Of a DNA stretch of 64,000 nt, positions 1-9,487 are shown one piece after another. Position numbers and translations under genes: made by a program. Under the pieces are notes generated by a model, which worked only from the letters and a program-made list of their open reading frames with translations, was not told the DNA's origin and made no database searches. Positions within the stretch are counted from its first letter, which is position 1. Each line of letters opens with the position of its first letter. Source of the stretch: Clostridiales bacterium DTU073 (lineage in GTDB: Bacteria > Bacillota > Peptococcia > DRI-13 > DTU073); assembly GCA_001512665.1 (NCBI GenBank), contig LFSF01000004.1, forward strand, positions 349 to 64,348, in the 5' to 3' direction.

Positions 1-1
1 C

Positions 2-436
2 AATGTGGTAGTAAAAAAATGGCTTGAAGTAGGCGGGTTATATCCTCAACCGGTATTGGTATATCCGGAGATGAAGTATGGTAGCTCCCGTTTTGATTTT
101 TATATTGAAGCCAAAGAGCGAAAAGCTTTTATTGAGGTAAAAGGCGTAACACTAGAAGAAGATGGAGTGGCAGCCTTTCCTGATGCCCCAACGGAACGAG
201 GAATAAAACATATTAATCATTTAATTGATGTTATTAAGGAAGGCTATGAGGCCTATATCATCTTTATTATTCAGTTTAAACCTGTAAAACATTTTATCCC
301 TAATGATGCTACCCATCCTCAGTTTGGACAAGCATTACGAAAGGCCGTGGCAGCGGGAGTACATGTTTTAGCCTATGATTGTATGGTGACACCGGATTCC
401 TTGCAATTAGATCAGAACGTACAGGTTAGATTGTAA
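2..436 (+). CDS. sfsA: SfsA (sugar fermentation stimulation protein), C-terminal part; 5' end lies outside the window
   Basis: Frame is open to the window edge. Translation carries SfsA-family motifs (SSRFDF, IEVKGVTL, FPDAPTERGxKH). Confidence 0.85.
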   Translation, partial: NVVVKKWLEVGGLYPQPVLVYPEMKYGSSRFDFYIEAKERKAFIEVKGVTLEEDGVAAFPDAPTERGIKHINHLIDVIKEGYEAYIIFIIQFKPVKHFIPNDATHPQFGQALRKAVAAGVHVLAYDCMVTPDSLQLDQNVQVRL

Positions 437-482
437 AGATATATGGTTTTCCATATGTTTATTATGCCTATAGGAGTTTATC

Positions 483-923
483 ATGAAAATACTTATTGAT
501 GCCGATGGCTGTCCGGTGGTGGATGCCACGGTGCAGATAGCGAAAGAACGACAACTTGCGTGTATCATTTTGTGTGACACTGCGCATGTTTTGGAAAAGG
601 ATGGGGCAACGACACTGGTTTTTTCAAAGGGTGCTGACAGTGTTGATTTTGAGCTGGTTAATCGCGTTTCCCCCGGGGATATTGTTATTACCCAGGATTA
701 TGGTCTTGCCGCTATGTGTTTGGCAAGAAACGCTATTGTTATTAACCAAGACGGAATGGAATATACTTCTGATAATATTGATGCACTGCTTCTTGCCCGT
801 CATACCGCCAGAAAAATCCGTAACTCAGGTGGCAGACTTAAGGGACCTCGAAAGAGGTCTGCGGTTCAGGATGAGAAATTTATAACAGCACTTATTTGTT
901 TACTTGACAGAATGGAAAAATAA
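483..923 (+). CDS. yaiI: YaiI/YqxD family protein (UPF0178/DUF188)
   Basis: 146 aa. N-terminus MKILIDADGCPV and GDIVITQDYGLA are typical of UPF0178. Confidence 0.85.
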   Translation: MKILIDADGCPVVDATVQIAKERQLACIILCDTAHVLEKDGATTLVFSKGADSVDFELVNRVSPGDIVITQDYGLAAMCLARNAIVINQDGMEYTSDNIDALLLARHTARKIRNSGGRLKGPRKRSAVQDEKFITALICLLDRMEK

Positions 924-988
924 ATTCATTATAAAGATGGAAAACAAATCAAAGGTAATTTTTTTGTAAAAATAAGCCTCCGTAGTTA

Positions 989-1050
989 TTGACATATGTC
1001 ATAAACTAGACTATAATAAGAATTGAAAATGACATATGTCATAAACTAGA
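989..1050 (+). promoter_or_regulatory. Sigma-A-type promoter (TTGACA 989-994, 17-bp spacer, TATAAT 1012-1017) with two perfect copies of TGACATATGTCATAAACTAGA (990-1010 and 1030-1050)
   Basis: Read directly from the sequence. Each copy begins with the perfect 12-bp palindrome TGACATATGTCA. The second copy abuts the GGAGG RBS. Confidence 0.6.
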
Positions 1051-1063
1051 GGAGGTGAATAGA

Positions 1064-1312
1064 ATGCCCGGAAGAGATGGAACCGGTCCTTTAGGTGCCG
1101 GCTCAATGACTGGAAGAGGTTTAGGAATTTGCGCAGGTGTTAATGCCGCAAGGTATGGAGTCGGAGTTGGTCGCGGACTAGGACTTGCTTGCAGACGCGG
1201 ATTTGGCCGTGGCTTTGGCCGAGGATTTGGTTGGAGCTTGCAGGAAGAAAAGGACATCTTGCAAAATCGCCTCGAAGTTATTGAGAAGCTATTAGAGAAC
1301 AAGGACCTATAA
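1064..1312 (+). CDS. DUF5320 family Gly/Arg-rich protein
   Basis: ATG 1064 lies 6 nt after GGAGGTG; the track start at 1055 overlaps the SD. MPGRDGTGPLGxGxMTGRGLGxC N-terminus, GRGF x3 low complexity and a C-terminal helical segment. Confidence 0.7.
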   Translation: MPGRDGTGPLGAGSMTGRGLGICAGVNAARYGVGVGRGLGLACRRGFGRGFGRGFGWSLQEEKDILQNRLEVIEKLLENKDL

Positions 1313-1382
1313 AGGGAAAGGACATCAGAGGTAACCGGAGGACGCTCTGGTTATTTCTGTTTAGAATTGAGGTGATATAATT

Positions 1383-1760
1383 ATGCCTAGACCAATAAAA
1401 TGGCGAAGAGTTTGTTATTTGCCTGAAAACAATAGGTTTGGGCCTCTTGATTTAAATATAGATGATCAGCACCATGTTAGAATGACGGTTGACGAGTATG
1501 AAACCATACGACTTATTGATTTGGAAGGCTTTACACAAGAAGAGTGCGCCAAGCAGATGAATGTAGCTCGAACTACTGTCCAAGGTATTTATGTCGCAGC
1601 GAGAAAAAAGCTGGCTGAATCGCTGGTAAACGGTAAGGTACTGTTGATTGAAGGTGGCGAATACCGGCTATGTGAGGGCCTAGGAAATGGATGTGGTCGA
1701 GGCTGTCATAGGCATAGGCGCGGTAGGCGTTACCTAGATAATGAGAATCAAGTGGATTAG
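1383..1760 (+). CDS. DUF134/UPF0251 predicted DNA-binding protein with Cys/His/Arg-rich C-terminal tail
   Basis: MPRPxKxRRV...P N-terminus and an HTH-like [15 protein letters not shown] are typical of DUF134. The tail is [20 protein letters not shown]. Confidence 0.8.
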   Translation: MPRPIKWRRVCYLPENNRFGPLDLNIDDQHHVRMTVDEYETIRLIDLEGFTQEECAKQMNVARTTVQGIYVAARKKLAESLVNGKVLLIEGGEYRLCEGLGNGCGRGCHRHRRGRRYLDNENQVD

Positions 1761-1804
1761 CTGGGTATAAGTATAAATTAAATATAAATAAAGGAGCTAA
1801 GATT

Positions 1805-2653
1805 ATGACTGAAAATTGCAATCAAAGCTGTAGCAGTTGCTCGGAGGACTGTTCAGAAAGAAAAGATCAAAAAACCGATTTCTCCGAGAAAACTCATGAG
1901 TTGAGCAAAATCAAAAAAGTTATTGGTGTTGTCAGCGGTAAAGGAGGAGTAGGTAAGTCTCTTGTAACCTCCATGCTTGCGGTTACTATGAATAAAAGGG
2001 GCTATCAAACCGCAATTCTTGATGCAGATGTTACCGGACCTTCCATTCCTAAAGCTTTCGGTATTCAGGAAAAAGCAACCGGTTGTGAAATGGGATTTTT
2101 CCCTGTTAAATCCAAGACCGGTATTAACATTATGTCTGTTAATTTACTTTTAGAAAATGATACGGATCCGGTTGTTTGGAGAGGACCTATTATTGCCGGT
2201 TTGGTTAAGCAGTTTTGGACTGATGTGATCTGGGGTAATGTAGATTTTATGTTTATCGATATGCCGCCTGGGACAGGTGATGTTCCTCTCACGGTATTTC
2301 AATCAATTGCTGTTGATGGAATAATTGTCGTAACCTCTCCTCAGGAGTTGGTTTCCATGATTGTTTCTAAAGCAGTGAAAATGGCTGAGAAGATGAATAT
2401 CCCTATTATTGGGCTGGTAGAAAACATGTCTTATTTTAAATGTCCTGATAATGGTAAAGAATATCAAATTTTCGGGGAAAGTCACATTGAAGAAATAGCC
2501 GAAAAATATAATCTGAAGGTTCTTGCCAAACTACCGATTGAACCAAAACTTGCAGAGGCATGTGATCAGGGTTCGATAGAGCTTTTTGAAGGTGATTGGT
2601 TGGAATCGGTTGCACAAATATTAGAAAAAATAGAGGAGAAGAAAAGTAAATAA
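1805..2653 (+). CDS. Mrp/NBP35 (ApbC-like) P-loop ATPase, Fe-S cluster carrier family, with N-terminal Cys-rich extension
   Basis: Deviant Walker A SGKGGVGKS, DMPPGTGD and a MinD/Mrp fold. N-terminal CNQSCSSCSEDCS. Confidence 0.85.
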   Translation: MTENCNQSCSSCSEDCSERKDQKTDFSEKTHELSKIKKVIGVVSGKGGVGKSLVTSMLAVTMNKRGYQTAILDADVTGPSIPKAFGIQEKATGCEMGFFPVKSKTGINIMSVNLLLENDTDPVVWRGPIIAGLVKQFWTDVIWGNVDFMFIDMPPGTGDVPLTVFQSIAVDGIIVVTSPQELVSMIVSKAVKMAEKMNIPIIGLVENMSYFKCPDNGKEYQIFGESHIEEIAEKYNLKVLAKLPIEPKLAEACDQGSIELFEGDWLESVAQILEKIEEKKSK

Positions 2654-2670
2654 TATAGCGGTAAAGCGCA

Positions 2671-2707
2671 AAACATGCAACTGTAAAGCAGTTGCATGTT
2701 TTTGTTT
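2671..2707 (+). terminator. Rho-independent terminator after the NBP35 gene
   Basis: 12-bp perfect stem AACATGCAACTG/CAGTTGCATGTT, 5-nt loop, followed by TTTGTTT. Confidence 0.8.
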
Positions 2708-2759
2708 GAAGATATAAAATATATGTATGAGTTTCGATAGCAAACTTCGTAAGTACATT

Positions 2760-2816
2760 AAGCCACAAAAATATGTTATGTAATTTACATAACGTAGTTT
2801 TTATGGCTTGTTTTAT
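2760..2816. terminator. Long imperfect hairpin between convergent genes
   Basis: Arms AAGCCA..AAAAA..GTTATGTAA pair with TTACATAAC..TTTTT..TGGCTT. A T-rich tract follows on the + strand only. Confidence 0.4.
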
Positions 2817-2827
2817 ATCTTATATTA

Positions 2828-3526
2828 TTAAATTTCCTTTTCTTCATCAAACTTAGACCAAGGTCCGGTAATGTGAACATTCTTTAATTCTGTGGCATAA
2901 TCGTCGCAAATTTGAATTTGTCTTGTTTCTTTTTCACTCATAAATCTAAAGATTCCATTGTTAAAATCAGTCCCGATTTCTTTAAAGAAAATACCTTCAT
3001 AAATAACATCTTGGGTATGGTTAAAGCTTAAACGATAAGCTTCTCCTTCTTTAACTAAGTAAGCTCGAACTCCTTTTTCATAATGTCCCTCTTGATTTTC
3101 CAAATAGCGTGATACGGAAATAATATGCAGATCGATAAAGGGAATTTCTTTCAACAAAATGTTGATTACCGACCCTTTAGTGATTTCTTCCCAGCGGCTT
3201 TGAGCAGTTTGTCCAAGAATAATTTGTGTGATATGCTTTTGACGTGCAACCTCGGCAATGACTTTAGTGACGGGGCGATTCTCCTTTTCTTTAATAATAT
3301 ATTCTTCCACATTAAGTTCCTTAGCTAGTTCTTGCCATCTTGAGATATAATCCATTTTCTCCGCATCCAGTTCTTCAAGAGATTGAGGGACGATAGTTAA
3401 TATATAGAGAGGACAATCAAACATTTGGGCAATATTACATCCTCGGCGAATTAACCGTTCTCCGTTGGGACCATAGTATACACACACGAGAATACGCTCA
3501 TTTGTGCAATTTTTTAGATTTTTCAT
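2828..3526 (-). CDS. Universal-stress-protein / KdpD-USP-like domain protein with an extra ~90-aa C-terminal domain
   Basis: ILVCV..GPNGERLIRRG..A and ITQIILGQTAQSRWEE resemble the KdpD USP-like domain. Good SD (GGAGG). Divergent from mrp. Confidence 0.65.
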   Translation of the reverse strand: MKNLKNCTNERILVCVYYGPNGERLIRRGCNIAQMFDCPLYILTIVPQSLEELDAEKMDYISRWQELAKELNVEEYIIKEKENRPVTKVIAEVARQKHITQIILGQTAQSRWEEITKGSVINILLKEIPFIDLHIISVSRYLENQEGHYEKGVRAYLVKEGEAYRLSFNHTQDVIYEGIFFKEIGTDFNNGIFRFMSEKETRQIQICDDYATELKNVHITGPWSKFDEEKEI

Positions 3527-3671
3527 GATTAACCTCCAGCAAACTAGTTTTTAATACAACAATAAAAATTTAATATTCCTAGTTTTATATTTTATATCAT
3601 ACTCTTGAGACAGCTTTAATTCAAATATTATTTTTATAATAATAGTATTTTTGTAAAAGGAGGCTAGATTT

Positions 3672-6083
3672 TTGTCTTGGTTATATTTAATAACTTTAAT
3701 TCCTTTATTATATGCAATTTTAGTTCCCCTATTTTATAAGTATTTACCGCGCATCCATACCGGCTGGTTTGTCCTTCCGGTACCCGTTGTGTTGTTTGCC
3801 TGTTTAATGAAGCAAATCCCCTTTGTAGCAAAGGGAAGTCCTTTTGTTCATACAGTTTCTTGGATACCGTCTTTAAATATAAATTATACAACATATGTAG
3901 ACGGACTTGCTTTAACCTTTGGGTTAATTATTACAGGCATAGGAGCCTTAGTTGTCCTCTATTCTATATATTACTTATTCAAAGAACGGGAAGAATTAGG
4001 TAATTTTTATGTCTATTTATTGTTATTTATGGGTGCCATGTTGGGCGTGGTTTTCTCTGATAACATTCTGGTTTTGTATATGTTTTGGGAGTTAACTAGT
4101 GTTTCTTCCTTTTTATTGATTGCTTTCTGGTATCAAAGGAAAGGTTCTCGTTATGGCGCCCAAAAATCATTATTGATTACGGTCTTTGGTGGGTTCTGTA
4201 TGTTTGCCGGTTTTCTCATTCTGGCCAATATTACAGATACATTTAGTATTCAGCAAATGATTCAACATACAGATAAAATAACCGGCCATCTGCTCTTTAT
4301 TCCGGCGATGATCTTAATTTTGTTGGGAGCTTTTACGAAATCCGCCCAATTTCCTTTTCATATCTGGCTTCCCGATGCAATGGAGGCACCGACACCGGTT
4401 AGTGCATATCTACATTCGGCTACAATGGTAAAGGCCGGGATATATTTAATTGCTCGTTTAACTCCTATTTTTGGTGGTAATATGACCTGGTTTTGGCTCG
4501 TCTCCGGAATAGGTTTAATTACTCTGTTTTGGGGTTCGTTTTCTGCTGTTAAACAAGTGGATTTGAAAGCGATGCTAGCTTATTCCACTATTAGCCAACT
4601 GGGCATGATTGTTTGCTTGTTGGGTTTGGGTTCGGTAGCGATGTATTACGGACCGGGCAAAGGGACTGTTTTATATCTCACCGCAATTTTAGCGGCGGTC
4701 TTTCATCTAATTAACCACTCGACTTTTAAAGGCAGTTTGTTTATGGTAGTAGGAATTATTGACCACGAAACCGGAACTAGGGATATTCGTAGGTTGGGAG
4801 GGCTCATGAGTTTGATGCCGATTACCTTTACCTTAGCGATTATCGGTAGCTTTTCCATGGCCGGTCTTCCACCCTTTAATGGTTTTTTAAGTAAAGAGTT
4901 ATTTTTCACAGCATTACTTAATACTTCCCAATTAGAAATTTTCCATTTGGGGAAATGGGGTCTATTATTTCCTGTGGTAGCCTGGATTGCCAGTATCTTT
5001 ACCTTTATCTACTGTATGATTATTGCTTTTAAGGCTTTTATGGGGAAACACTACCCGCACAGATTAGTAAAAAAGACTCATGAAGCTCCCTGGGGAATGC
5101 TGCTTCCTCCGATCTTACTTGCTTTTTTGATTATCTTCTTTTTCTTTAACCCCAATGTTTTGGCACAATATTTGATCATACCGGCAATCTCCTCAATTTT
5201 GCCGGGATTTATGGAAACCGGTAGTATTGAACCTATTAAAGCCTGGCATGGTTGGACACCAGAATTATTTATGACCATGGGTGTTGTTGGTCTTGGCTTT
5301 GTTCTCTTTATTCTTTTGCCCAAATGGTCAAAGCTTTATGGTTGGTTACCTGTACGGATTACTCTAAATAATATCTATGACCAAGCATTAATAGTAACAG
5401 AAAGAATTTCTGAACGCATAACTCGAAAGTATATGACCGGATTTATCCGTGATTATTTATCCTATATCTTATTATTCTTTGTCGTAGCTTTAGGTGGAGC
5501 AATTTTAACTCTTAATAGCTTTACTTTTAACCCAATTACTAATAGTCCCATCAGAGTTTATGAAATTATCTTATGTTTAACTTTAGTCGCTTCTGCTTTA
5601 TTGGTTTTATTTGCTCGGAACAGAATAGTAGCAATTATTGGTCTTGGAGTGATGGGCTATCTAATTACCGGGATTTTTGTGATTTTTAGAGCCCCGGACC
5701 TGGCCTTAACGCAATTAGTTGTGGAAACGGTAACTACAGTATTATTCTTATTATGTTTTTATTTTCTGCCCAAAATGAAAAAAGAAATAAGTAAGCTTGG
5801 TTTTAAAACATCTAATTTGCTAATTTCCTTAGGTGTTGGTTTTCTGGTGACTATCATGGCTTTATTAGCACAAGGAAATCGCCTTTTTCTGCCCATTTCC
5901 TGGTTCTACGAAAATGCTTATGAATTAGCAGGGGCTAAAAACATTGTTAATGCTATTCTCGTAGATTTTCGTGGCTTTGATACTATGTTGGAAATTCTAG
6001 TTTTCTGTATTGGTGGAATAGGTGTTTATACCTTAATAAAATTACAATTAACAGGGAGGAAGAATAATGGGCTTAAAGAATGA
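3672..6083 (+). CDS. mrpA: Na+/H+ antiporter Mrp/Mnh subunit A
   Basis: 803-aa polytopic membrane protein of the NuoL/MnhA type. TTG start after AAAGGAGG. First of seven contiguous mrp genes. Confidence 0.9.
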   Translation: MSWLYLITLIPLLYAILVPLFYKYLPRIHTGWFVLPVPVVLFACLMKQIPFVAKGSPFVHTVSWIPSLNINYTTYVDGLALTFGLIITGIGALVVLYSIYYLFKEREELGNFYVYLLLFMGAMLGVVFSDNILVLYMFWELTSVSSFLLIAFWYQRKGSRYGAQKSLLITVFGGFCMFAGFLILANITDTFSIQQMIQHTDKITGHLLFIPAMILILLGAFTKSAQFPFHIWLPDAMEAPTPVSAYLHSATMVKAGIYLIARLTPIFGGNMTWFWLVSGIGLITLFWGSFSAVKQVDLKAMLAYSTISQLGMIVCLLGLGSVAMYYGPGKGTVLYLTAILAAVFHLINHSTFKGSLFMVVGIIDHETGTRDIRRLGGLMSLMPITFTLAIIGSFSMAGLPPFNGFLSKELFFTALLNTSQLEIFHLGKWGLLFPVVAWIASIFTFIYCMIIAFKAFMGKHYPHRLVKKTHEAPWGMLLPPILLAFLIIFFFFNPNVLAQYLIIPAISSILPGFMETGSIEPIKAWHGWTPELFMTMGVVGLGFVLFILLPKWSKLYGWLPVRITLNNIYDQALIVTERISERITRKYMTGFIRDYLSYILLFFVVALGGAILTLNSFTFNPITNSPIRVYEIILCLTLVASALLVLFARNRIVAIIGLGVMGYLITGIFVIFRAPDLALTQLVVETVTTVLFLLCFYFLPKMKKEISKLGFKTSNLLISLGVGFLVTIMALLAQGNRLFLPISWFYENAYELAGAKNIVNAILVDFRGFDTMLEILVFCIGGIGVYTLIKLQLTGRKNNGLKE

Positions 6084-6507
6084 TGTGATCTTACAAACAG
6101 TAACAAAAGTGGCTGTTTTTATCATACTGGCTTTTTCTATTCATCTTTTTATCGGGGGTCATCACAATCCCGGCGGAGGTTTTGTCGGGGGATTGGCGGT
6201 TGTCTCAGCCTTTACTTTACTATTACTGGCTTTTGACCTTAAATCACTACGAGCCGGTTTAATCATTAATTTTGAAATTCTGGCAATAGTGGGTGTGCTT
6301 ATTGCCGTATGTACAGGAATGTCTTCTTTGCTTTTTAATGAACCTTTTCTCAATCAGATTTTTGGCACCATCAATCTCCCTATTTTAGGAGAAACAGAGT
6401 TTGCTACAGCGGTTATTTTTGATACAGGAGTGGCTTTTGCTGTTTTGGGAACAGCTCTTTCCATTATTACTACCATAAGTGAGGATATCTGCAAATGGAG
6501 ACAATGA
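6067..6507 (+). CDS. mrpB: Na+/H+ antiporter Mrp subunit B
   Basis: 146-aa membrane protein with GHHNPGGGFVGGL motif. Overlaps the end of mrpA. Confidence 0.85.
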   Translation: MGLKNDVILQTVTKVAVFIILAFSIHLFIGGHHNPGGGFVGGLAVVSAFTLLLLAFDLKSLRAGLIINFEILAIVGVLIAVCTGMSSLLFNEPFLNQIFGTINLPILGETEFATAVIFDTGVAFAVLGTALSIITTISEDICKWRQ

Positions 6508-6833
6508 TGGCGATAGTTATAGGAATTTTGTTTTCTATAGGTGTATATTTGCTTCTTTGTCAAAGCCTGTTAAGAATAATTTTGGGAATTTCTATAATTT
6601 CCCATGCTACTAATCTTTTGATTATCACTATGGGTGGCTTAAAAACAGGTGGCCCCCCTTTAATAAGTGATGGGTTCTTTTCCTATACAGATCCGCTGCC
6701 GCAAGCACTTATTTTAACTGCGATTGTCATTAATTTTGCACTAACAGCTTTTCTCTTAGTACTGGCTTATCGTTCTTATGCAGTACTAGGTACAGAGAAT
6801 ATGGAACAATTAAGGGGTAACGATGATGAATAA
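6495..6833 (+). CDS. mrpC: Na+/H+ antiporter Mrp subunit C (NuoK-like)
   Basis: 112-aa protein with 3 TM segments. Position in operon; overlapping start. Confidence 0.85.
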   Translation: METMMAIVIGILFSIGVYLLLCQSLLRIILGISIISHATNLLIITMGGLKTGGPPLISDGFFSYTDPLPQALILTAIVINFALTAFLLVLAYRSYAVLGTENMEQLRGNDDE

Positions 6834-8325
6834 TTTTGTTGTTTTGCCGTTAGTTATACCGTTATTGTCGGGACTTTTGATGGCACTTTTGCGAAAAAAT
6901 GTACGCGTACAGAGATGGTTAAGTATTCTTTCTGTTTTATTAACTTTTACTGTTTCTTATCATCTACTGCAAACGGTAAAGGCGGAAGGAATACAGATTC
7001 TGGAGATTGGTGGCTGGACGGCACCCTTTGGCATAGTTTTAGTTGTAGATTTGATTTCGGCTCTTTTGCTGATGACGACCAGTGTTGTCAGTTTTGCCTG
7101 TATTATCTATGCTTTTAAATCAATTGGTGCAGAACGGGAAAAATTCTATTTTTATTCCTTAATTCAATTTTTGCTTACAGGTATTAATGGTTCTTTTATA
7201 ACCGGTGATTTGTTTAACCTTTACGTCTGTTTTGAAGTAATGCTTCTTGCCTCTTACGTGCTGCTTTCTTTAGGAGGAGGTCGCGTCCAGTTAAGGGAAG
7301 GGATTAAATATATTGTCATTAATACGCTTTCTTCAACCTTTTTTCTGTTAGGAATAGCTTATCTCTATGCAGTTGTTGGTACCTTAAACTTAGCCCACCT
7401 TTCCGTTCGTGTGGCAGAAGCAGGGCAGACGGGATTGATGACCACTATTGCCGTACTGTTTTTAATTGTCTTTGGTATTAAGGCTGCACTGTTCCTTTTC
7501 TTCTGGTTGCCGGGAGCTTACAGTGCCCCACCGGCAGCTATTTCCGCTATTTTTGCCGCACTTTTGACCAAGGTTGGTATCTATACAATTTTTCGCCTGT
7601 ATACGCTTGTTTTTTACCACCAACCACACATTACCCATACACTTATTGCCGTAATGGCAGGCTTAACTATGCTTTTAGGCGGAATAGGGGCCATTGGGCA
7701 GTGGGATATTCGTAAAATCTTAGGCTATAACGTGATTATCGGTGTAGGATTTGTTATTTCAGGGTTGGCTGTTTTCACCTCTGCAGCAGTAGCGGGTGCT
7801 ATTTACTATGTAATTCATGATATGGTGACAAAAGCTCTGTTGTTTTTATTAGGCGGAACCATGATCAGTATTGTGGGAACAGGTAAATTAAAAGAAATTA
7901 GTGGGCTAATACGTAATCACCCTTCCTTGGGCTGGATGTTCTTTATTACCACCTTAGCCTTAGCCGGAGTTCCCCCGTTAAGCGGATTTATAGGCAAAGT
8001 TTTGATTATCAAAGAAGGTTTATCAAAAGGTGTTTTTCAGGCAGGTTTTTATTGGCTGGCGGGGATTGGTTTATTATCAAGCTTAATGATTCTTTATTCA
8101 TTAATGAAAATTTTCATTAATGGTTTTTGGGGGGAAACCCAACTGAGTAAGGAAATGGAAAAAGGAACCACGCAAGGATTATTGTTTCCCTGTGTCTTTT
8201 TAACGGCTGTATGTGTTTTCTTAGGGTTGGGAGCAGAGCTGTTGTATCCTTATATTGAGTCGGCTTCTCAGAGTTTAATTGATCCGCATAGCTATATTCA
8301 AGCTGTACTAAGCGAGGTGGTTTAA
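6823..8325 (+). CDS. mrpD: Na+/H+ antiporter Mrp subunit D (NuoN/M-like)
   Basis: 500-aa polytopic protein with WLPGAYSAPPA motif. Position in operon. Confidence 0.9.
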   Translation: MMNNFVVLPLVIPLLSGLLMALLRKNVRVQRWLSILSVLLTFTVSYHLLQTVKAEGIQILEIGGWTAPFGIVLVVDLISALLLMTTSVVSFACIIYAFKSIGAEREKFYFYSLIQFLLTGINGSFITGDLFNLYVCFEVMLLASYVLLSLGGGRVQLREGIKYIVINTLSSTFFLLGIAYLYAVVGTLNLAHLSVRVAEAGQTGLMTTIAVLFLIVFGIKAALFLFFWLPGAYSAPPAAISAIFAALLTKVGIYTIFRLYTLVFYHQPHITHTLIAVMAGLTMLLGGIGAIGQWDIRKILGYNVIIGVGFVISGLAVFTSAAVAGAIYYVIHDMVTKALLFLLGGTMISIVGTGKLKEISGLIRNHPSLGWMFFITTLALAGVPPLSGFIGKVLIIKEGLSKGVFQAGFYWLAGIGLLSSLMILYSLMKIFINGFWGETQLSKEMEKGTTQGLLFPCVFLTAVCVFLGLGAELLYPYIESASQSLIDPHSYIQAVLSEVV

Positions 8326-8808
8326 TTGTCCATTCAGCTGCTTATCAATATATTTATTGCTTTTTTATGGACGATGCTCACGGCTAAATGGAGTAGTATA
8401 ACCTTCTTAATTGGTTACCTCATAGGTGTGGTTATACTTTTCAGTATGCGACGCTTTTTCCCTAAACCCTTTTATCTAAAAAAAGTCTGGGCAATAATTA
8501 AATTTGTCTATGTAGTAATTAAAGAAATATTATTATCCAGTGTTTATATTATCAGGCAGGTTATCAGCCCCCAACCAACTTTCCTACCGGGGATTTTTTC
8601 TCTCAAAACTAAACTGAAAGGTAATATAGAACTGACCATAATCTCCTTACTGATTACTTTAACACCAGGCTCTGTAGTAATGGAAATTTCGCCGGAAGAT
8701 AGTGTTTTATATATTCATGCTATGGATTTATCAGATGCTAAAAAGATGATCCTTAAATCAATCTATAGTTTTGAAAAAGCGATTATGGAGGTAACACGTG
8801 ATGTTTAG
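8326..8808 (+). CDS. mrpE: Na+/H+ antiporter Mrp subunit E
   Basis: 160 aa. TTG start immediately after the mrpD stop. Position and size fit MrpE. Confidence 0.8.
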   Translation: MSIQLLINIFIAFLWTMLTAKWSSITFLIGYLIGVVILFSMRRFFPKPFYLKKVWAIIKFVYVVIKEILLSSVYIIRQVISPQPTFLPGIFSLKTKLKGNIELTIISLLITLTPGSVVMEISPEDSVLYIHAMDLSDAKKMILKSIYSFEKAIMEVTRDV

Positions 8809-9085
8809 AATACTACTCATATTTTCAATTTTAATCTTATCTCTTTCGATTGTTTTTACAATGTATAGAGTTATTATCGGACCGTCTTTGCCGGATCGGA
8901 TTATTGCTATGGATTGTATTGGTATTAACTTGCTGGCGATAATGGCCATTCTTTCAATTTTATTAAGAACCTATGCCTTTTTTGATGTCATCTTGTTATT
9001 TGGTATTTTATCGTTTATCGGAACAGTAGCTTTTTCCAGGTTTATAGAGAGGAGAGCGTTGGTAGATTATGATCGTAATAAGTGA
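8798..9085 (+). CDS. mrpF: Na+/H+ antiporter Mrp subunit F
   Basis: 95 aa with 3 TM segments and a GPSLPDRIIAMD motif. Confidence 0.85.
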   Translation: MMFRILLIFSILILSLSIVFTMYRVIIGPSLPDRIIAMDCIGINLLAIMAILSILLRTYAFFDVILLFGILSFIGTVAFSRFIERRALVDYDRNK

Positions 9086-9434
9086 AATAGTGGCAACAGT
9101 TTTTATTGTTCTAGGGTCAATGGTCTGTTTGTTTAGCGCCGTCGGGATGATACGTTTCCCTGATGTATATAATCGTTCCCATGCGGCTTCCAAAAGCTCT
9201 GCTTTGGGAGTACTTTTGGTGTTATCGGGAACATTCTTATTTTTTATTTTTACAGAAGAATTCATTAGTATTCGCCTTTTGTTAGGGATATTTTTTGTTT
9301 TTTTGACTGCTCCCGTTGGTGCGCATATGGTGTGCCGCTCTGCTTATCGTACCGGGGTAAAGCTGTGGAAAAAAACTTCACAGGATGATTTAAGAAGCTT
9401 GAGTGATCAACTAAAAAGCTTCGGTAGGGAATAG
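9069..9434 (+). CDS. mrpG: Na+/H+ antiporter Mrp subunit G
   Basis: 121 aa with GMIRFPDVYNRSHAASK motif. Last gene of the operon. Confidence 0.85.
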   Translation: MIVISEIVATVFIVLGSMVCLFSAVGMIRFPDVYNRSHAASKSSALGVLLVLSGTFLFFIFTEEFISIRLLLGIFFVFLTAPVGAHMVCRSAYRTGVKLWKKTSQDDLRSLSDQLKSFGRE

Positions 9435-9487
9435 GGAATGAATTGAATTTTATTGAAATTGGAAATAGATGTATGCCTAAATCCTAC

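Noticed and set aside
556-885. 109-aa alternative-frame ORF inside yaiI
   Set aside because: It is fully nested in a well-supported gene, has no RBS, and its sequence is not protein-like.
1039-1302. 87-aa minus-strand ORF rich in Pro/Arg/Lys, antisense to the DUF5320 gene
   Set aside because: It is the mirror image of the GGN/CGN-rich low-complexity coding region. It has no SD, and the sense-strand gene has a family match and a strong RBS.
3527-3671. Looked for Na+ (DUF1646-motif) or Li+ (nhaA-I) riboswitch-like structure upstream of mrpA, and likewise at 35052-35113 upstream of the decarboxylase beta subunit
   Set aside because: Both leaders are short, extremely AT-rich and show no conserved GC-paired helices. 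An Rfam scan would still be the decisive test.
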